From an uncultured Candidatus Rokubacteria bacterium (GTDB lineage: Bacteria > Methylomirabilota > Methylomirabilia > Rokubacteriales > CSP1-6): a stretch of 64,000 bases of DNA. Positions within the stretch are counted from its first letter, which is position 1, and each line of letters starts with the position of its first letter. Under the pieces are notes generated by a model. That model had not been told where the DNA came from. It searched no databases and saw only the letters and a program-made list of their open reading frames with translations. Shown one piece after another: positions 60,985-64,000 of this stretch. The DNA lies in NCBI GenBank assembly GCA_963758635.1, contig CAVWWD010000005.1, positions 224,001 to 288,000 on the forward strand, given 5' to 3'. Made by a program: the position numbers and the translations under genes.

Positions 60985-63729
60985 TTAGCGGAGCTGGCGC
61001 AGAGCCTCCTCGAGCCGCTTCTGCTCCTGGCCGTACGCCGCCCAGTCGCCGCGCTTGAGGGCCTCCTGCGACTTCTGCCAGGCCTCCAGGGCTCGCTCCG
61101 CGGCGGCCCGGGCCGTCGCATCCAGGGCGCCGCCGGCGGCGGGCGCGGGGGCCTGGGTGGCGGCCACCGGGGTCCCGGGGGCGGCGGGCGTCTGGTCGCC
61201 ACGGATGCGGCCACCGAAGATGCGCTGGAGCGACTGCTCCAGGGTGGGCTCCATGGCGATCTGGTTGCCGTACGCCACGATGACCCGCCGCAGCTCGGGG
61301 AGCGCGCCCTGCTCGGTGGCCGACAGGTAGAGCGGCTGGACGTAGATGAGCGACGTCTCGATGGGGATGGCGAGCAGCGAGCCGCGGAGCACCCGCGAGC
61401 CCTGCTGGTTCCAGAGGGCGAGCTGCTGGGAGATGACGGGGTCCTGATCGATGCGCGCGTCGATCTGGCGCGGTCCGTACACGAGCTTCTGCTTGGGGAA
61501 CGTGTACACGATGAGCTTGCCGTAGTTGGGCCCGTCGACCCGCGCCACCATGATCGCGATCATGTTGTCGCGCCGGCTCGGGTTGAAGGCGTTCAGGAGC
61601 ACGAACTCCTCCCGCGCCTCCCCGGGCAACCGCATGATGGTGTAGTAGGGCTCCATTTCGCGCTCGCGGCCCTCCTGCTGGCGGCGCGGGATCGTCCAGA
61701 GGTCCTCCTTGTTGTAGAAGACCTGCGGGTCCTCCATGTGGTAGGTCGCGAGCATCTGCGCCTGGATCGTGAAGAGGTCCTCCGGGTAGCGCATGTGGCT
61801 CTGGAGGTCCTTGGGCATGTCGGCGAGGGGCCGCAGCAGACCCGGGAACGCCTTCGCCCACGTGCGCACGATCGGGTCGTCGGGATCCGCGATGTAGTAG
61901 GTCACGGTGCCGTGGTAGGCGTCGACCGTGGCCTTCACCGAGTTCCGGATGTAGTTGCCGACGCCGCGCACGGGCTGCGCGTAGGGGTAGCGGTCGGTGG
62001 TGGTGTAGCCGTCGACCATCCAGTAGAGACGCCCGTCCTCGCCGATCACCAGGTAGGGGTCGCGGTCGAAGCGCAGGAACGGCGCGGGCTGGCGGACGCG
62101 CGCGCGGATGTCGCGGTACACCATCACCCGGGCCTCCGCCGGGAGGTCGTCGGAGAGCAGGACCTTCATGTCGCCGAATCGGGCGGCGAAGGCGAGCTTG
62201 CGCAGGAACGAGTTGACGGGGATGCCGCCCCGCCCCTCGTAGCGGGTGTACACGTTCTGATCGCCCGCCGGGTAGTCGAGCTCCTGGGACTTGGTGCGGA
62301 CAAACACGTACTCGTTGCCGGACTCGCCGTAGTAGATCTCCGGCCGCGTGATGGCGGGGAAGCCGCCCGCGACCTTGGGCGGGATGTCCTGGACGAAGAA
62401 CTCGGGCAGGCCCTCGCGGCTGATCCGGTTCACGGGGCCCGCCACCAGCCCGTAGCCATGCGTGTAGGTGAGGTGCTCGTTGATCCAGTTCTGCACCTGG
62501 CCGGGCAGGTGCCGGTGGCTCAGCTCGCGGGCGGAGAGCATGACCTGGCGATATTCCCCGCCCAGCGTGTAGCGGTCGTTGTCCACGTCGAGGAACTTGT
62601 AGTAGGTGCGGATCTCCTGGAGCTGGCCGTACGTCGTGAGCAGCGGCCGGTGGTCCCAGAGCCGGATGTTCTTGATCGTGAGGTTGTTCCGGTCGAGGGC
62701 CTCCGGCGTGAGGCGCTCGTCGGCGGCGAAGTCCTGCTCGGCCACGCGGTCGAGCCCGTAGGCCTGGCGCGTCATCCGGATGCTGTGCTGGATGTACGGG
62801 CGCTCCGCCACGAGCTCGTTGGGCGTGACCCGGAAGCGCTGGAGGAGCGCCGGGTACACCCCGAGTCCGCCCACCCACACCACCCCCAGCACCACGAGCC
62901 CGGAGACGAGGAAGAGCCAGCCCGGCCGGCGCGACTGGACGAGGCACGCCAGTGCGCACAGGAGCGCCAGCACCATGAGGACACGCAATACGGGCAAGGA
63001 CGCGTTCACGTCCGTGTAGGCCGCGCCGAACACCGCCCCGCGGGGGGAGAAGAGCAGATCGAACTGGTCCAGCCAGAAGCCCGCCGCGCGCAGCGCGAGC
63101 AGGAGCGCGCCGAGAGCCAGGAGGTGGGTACGCGCGCCGCTGGCCAGGCGCGGGCCCCGCGCGGTGAGGACGAGGCTCCGCTGGAGCACGTAGACGGCGG
63201 CGCTCAGGACGAGCGTGCCCGTCACCAGCGTCATCGCCCAGCCGTACAGGAGCCGCAGGAACGGCAGCTCGAAGATGTAGAACCCCAGATCGCGGTTGAA
63301 CAGCGGATCCACCCGGCCGAACGGCGTGGCGTTGACGTACTGGAGGAGGACATCCCAGGCCCCGCTCGCCCGCACCCCAGCGAGGATCGCGATCACCCCG
63401 ATGACGGGGAGCAGCAGCCGGCGCACGAGCGGCTCGAGGATGGCGCGCCCGGGCAAGCCGAGCTGGTCCTCCAGCTCCCACAGCACGTCCGGGGGCGCCG
63501 ACCGCGCGGCGAGCCAGAGATTGGCGAACATGAACACGAAGACGGCGGCGGCGAGGCCGAGCACGAGCCAGCCCCGGAGCGTGAGCGTGATCGTGAAGAC
63601 CTGCGAGAAGCCGACCTCCTGGAACCAGAGCCAGTCCGTGTAGAGCGGGACGGCCTGGCCGAAGATGGCCATGGCGAGGAAGAGGAGGAGCAGGAAGACG
63701 ATGGGACGAGGACGGCGTCTGTTGGCCAC
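60985..63729 (-). CDS. UPF0182 family membrane protein
   Basis: D.LWF.EVG, DPLF..D.GFY.F.LP, NIRLWD, HL.YTHGYG, NYIRNSVK, GP.Q. Confidence 0.93.
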   Translation of the reverse strand: MANRRRPRPIVFLLLLFLAMAIFGQAVPLYTDWLWFQEVGFSQVFTITLTLRGWLVLGLAAAVFVFMFANLWLAARSAPPDVLWELEDQLGLPGRAILEPLVRRLLLPVIGVIAILAGVRASGAWDVLLQYVNATPFGRVDPLFNRDLGFYIFELPFLRLLYGWAMTLVTGTLVLSAAVYVLQRSLVLTARGPRLASGARTHLLALGALLLALRAAGFWLDQFDLLFSPRGAVFGAAYTDVNASLPVLRVLMVLALLCALACLVQSRRPGWLFLVSGLVVLGVVWVGGLGVYPALLQRFRVTPNELVAERPYIQHSIRMTRQAYGLDRVAEQDFAADERLTPEALDRNNLTIKNIRLWDHRPLLTTYGQLQEIRTYYKFLDVDNDRYTLGGEYRQVMLSARELSHRHLPGQVQNWINEHLTYTHGYGLVAGPVNRISREGLPEFFVQDIPPKVAGGFPAITRPEIYYGESGNEYVFVRTKSQELDYPAGDQNVYTRYEGRGGIPVNSFLRKLAFAARFGDMKVLLSDDLPAEARVMVYRDIRARVRQPAPFLRFDRDPYLVIGEDGRLYWMVDGYTTTDRYPYAQPVRGVGNYIRNSVKATVDAYHGTVTYYIADPDDPIVRTWAKAFPGLLRPLADMPKDLQSHMRYPEDLFTIQAQMLATYHMEDPQVFYNKEDLWTIPRRQQEGREREMEPYYTIMRLPGEAREEFVLLNAFNPSRRDNMIAIMVARVDGPNYGKLIVYTFPKQKLVYGPRQIDARIDQDPVISQQLALWNQQGSRVLRGSLLAIPIETSLIYVQPLYLSATEQGALPELRRVIVAYGNQIAMEPTLEQSLQRIFGGRIRGDQTPAAPGTPVAATQAPAPAAGGALDATARAAAERALEAWQKSQEALKRGDWAAYGQEQKRLEEALRQLR

Positions 63730-63891
63730 GCGCGCGCTCCCCTAGCCCGAGGCGGCCGATCGCGCGGTCGACGGCGAGCGCGACGCGAGGGCGGTCATGA
63801 CGTCATTCCTTTCGCGGCACGGCCACCGAGCGCGGTCGATCGGGCGGCCGTGACGTGACACTGGGGTTCGTGAGAGATCGTCAGGGGAAAC

Positions 63892-63917
63892 GGGGGGGAG
63901 CGGCGCGCGCTCCCCCC
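63892..63917 (-). terminator. Putative terminator hairpin after metK
   Basis: GGGGGGAGCG-loop-CGCTCCCCCC with short T tract. Confidence 0.5.
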
Positions 63918-63924
63918 ATCACGG

Positions 63925-64000
63925 TCAAATACCGGCGTCGTCCCGGAGGTCCTTGACGCGGTCGGTGCGCTCCCACGAGAACTCCGGCTCGCTGCGTCCG
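63925..64000 (-). CDS. metK: S-adenosylmethionine synthetase, 3' end (truncated by window edge)
   Basis: GRSEPEFSWERTDRVKDLRDDAGI* resembles the MetK C-terminal GR....WE.TD. Confidence 0.75.
   Translation of the reverse strand, partial: GRSEPEFSWERTDRVKDLRDDAGI

Overview
Very GC-rich bacterial chromosomal window. The gene content is reminiscent of Candidatus Rokubacteria/Methylomirabilota, but that is inference only. Most of it is housekeeping or envelope: der 3' end, ihfA-merR-tRNA-Pro-surE-pcm-tRNA-Pro-acyP-nlpD-rpoS-like, TamB/BamA-like pair, miaB-accA-dnaE-guaA-guaB3-coaX-valS, fused lptF/G, a PBP-like gene, UPF0182 and the metK 3' end. A GntR-led CoA-dependent catabolic operon lies at 14.9-25.8 kb. 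Main points of interest: (1) three unannotated genes downstream of rpoS with a split/fused two-domain pattern (B alone, A alone, A+B fusion); (2) six copies of a 78-bp element with terminal inverted repeats and CTAG-like flanks, often abutting stop codons, plus two further dispersed repeat families; (3) a tandem array of the valS 3' end that could encode coupled 16-aa peptides; (4) a LAGLIDADG intein in dnaE; (5) several gene relics and junctions; (6) several apparently leaderless or bidirectional promoters. Many genes, including essential ones, carry single-base frameshifts that are most likely long-read assembly errors. All annotations were made by eye; no searches were run.
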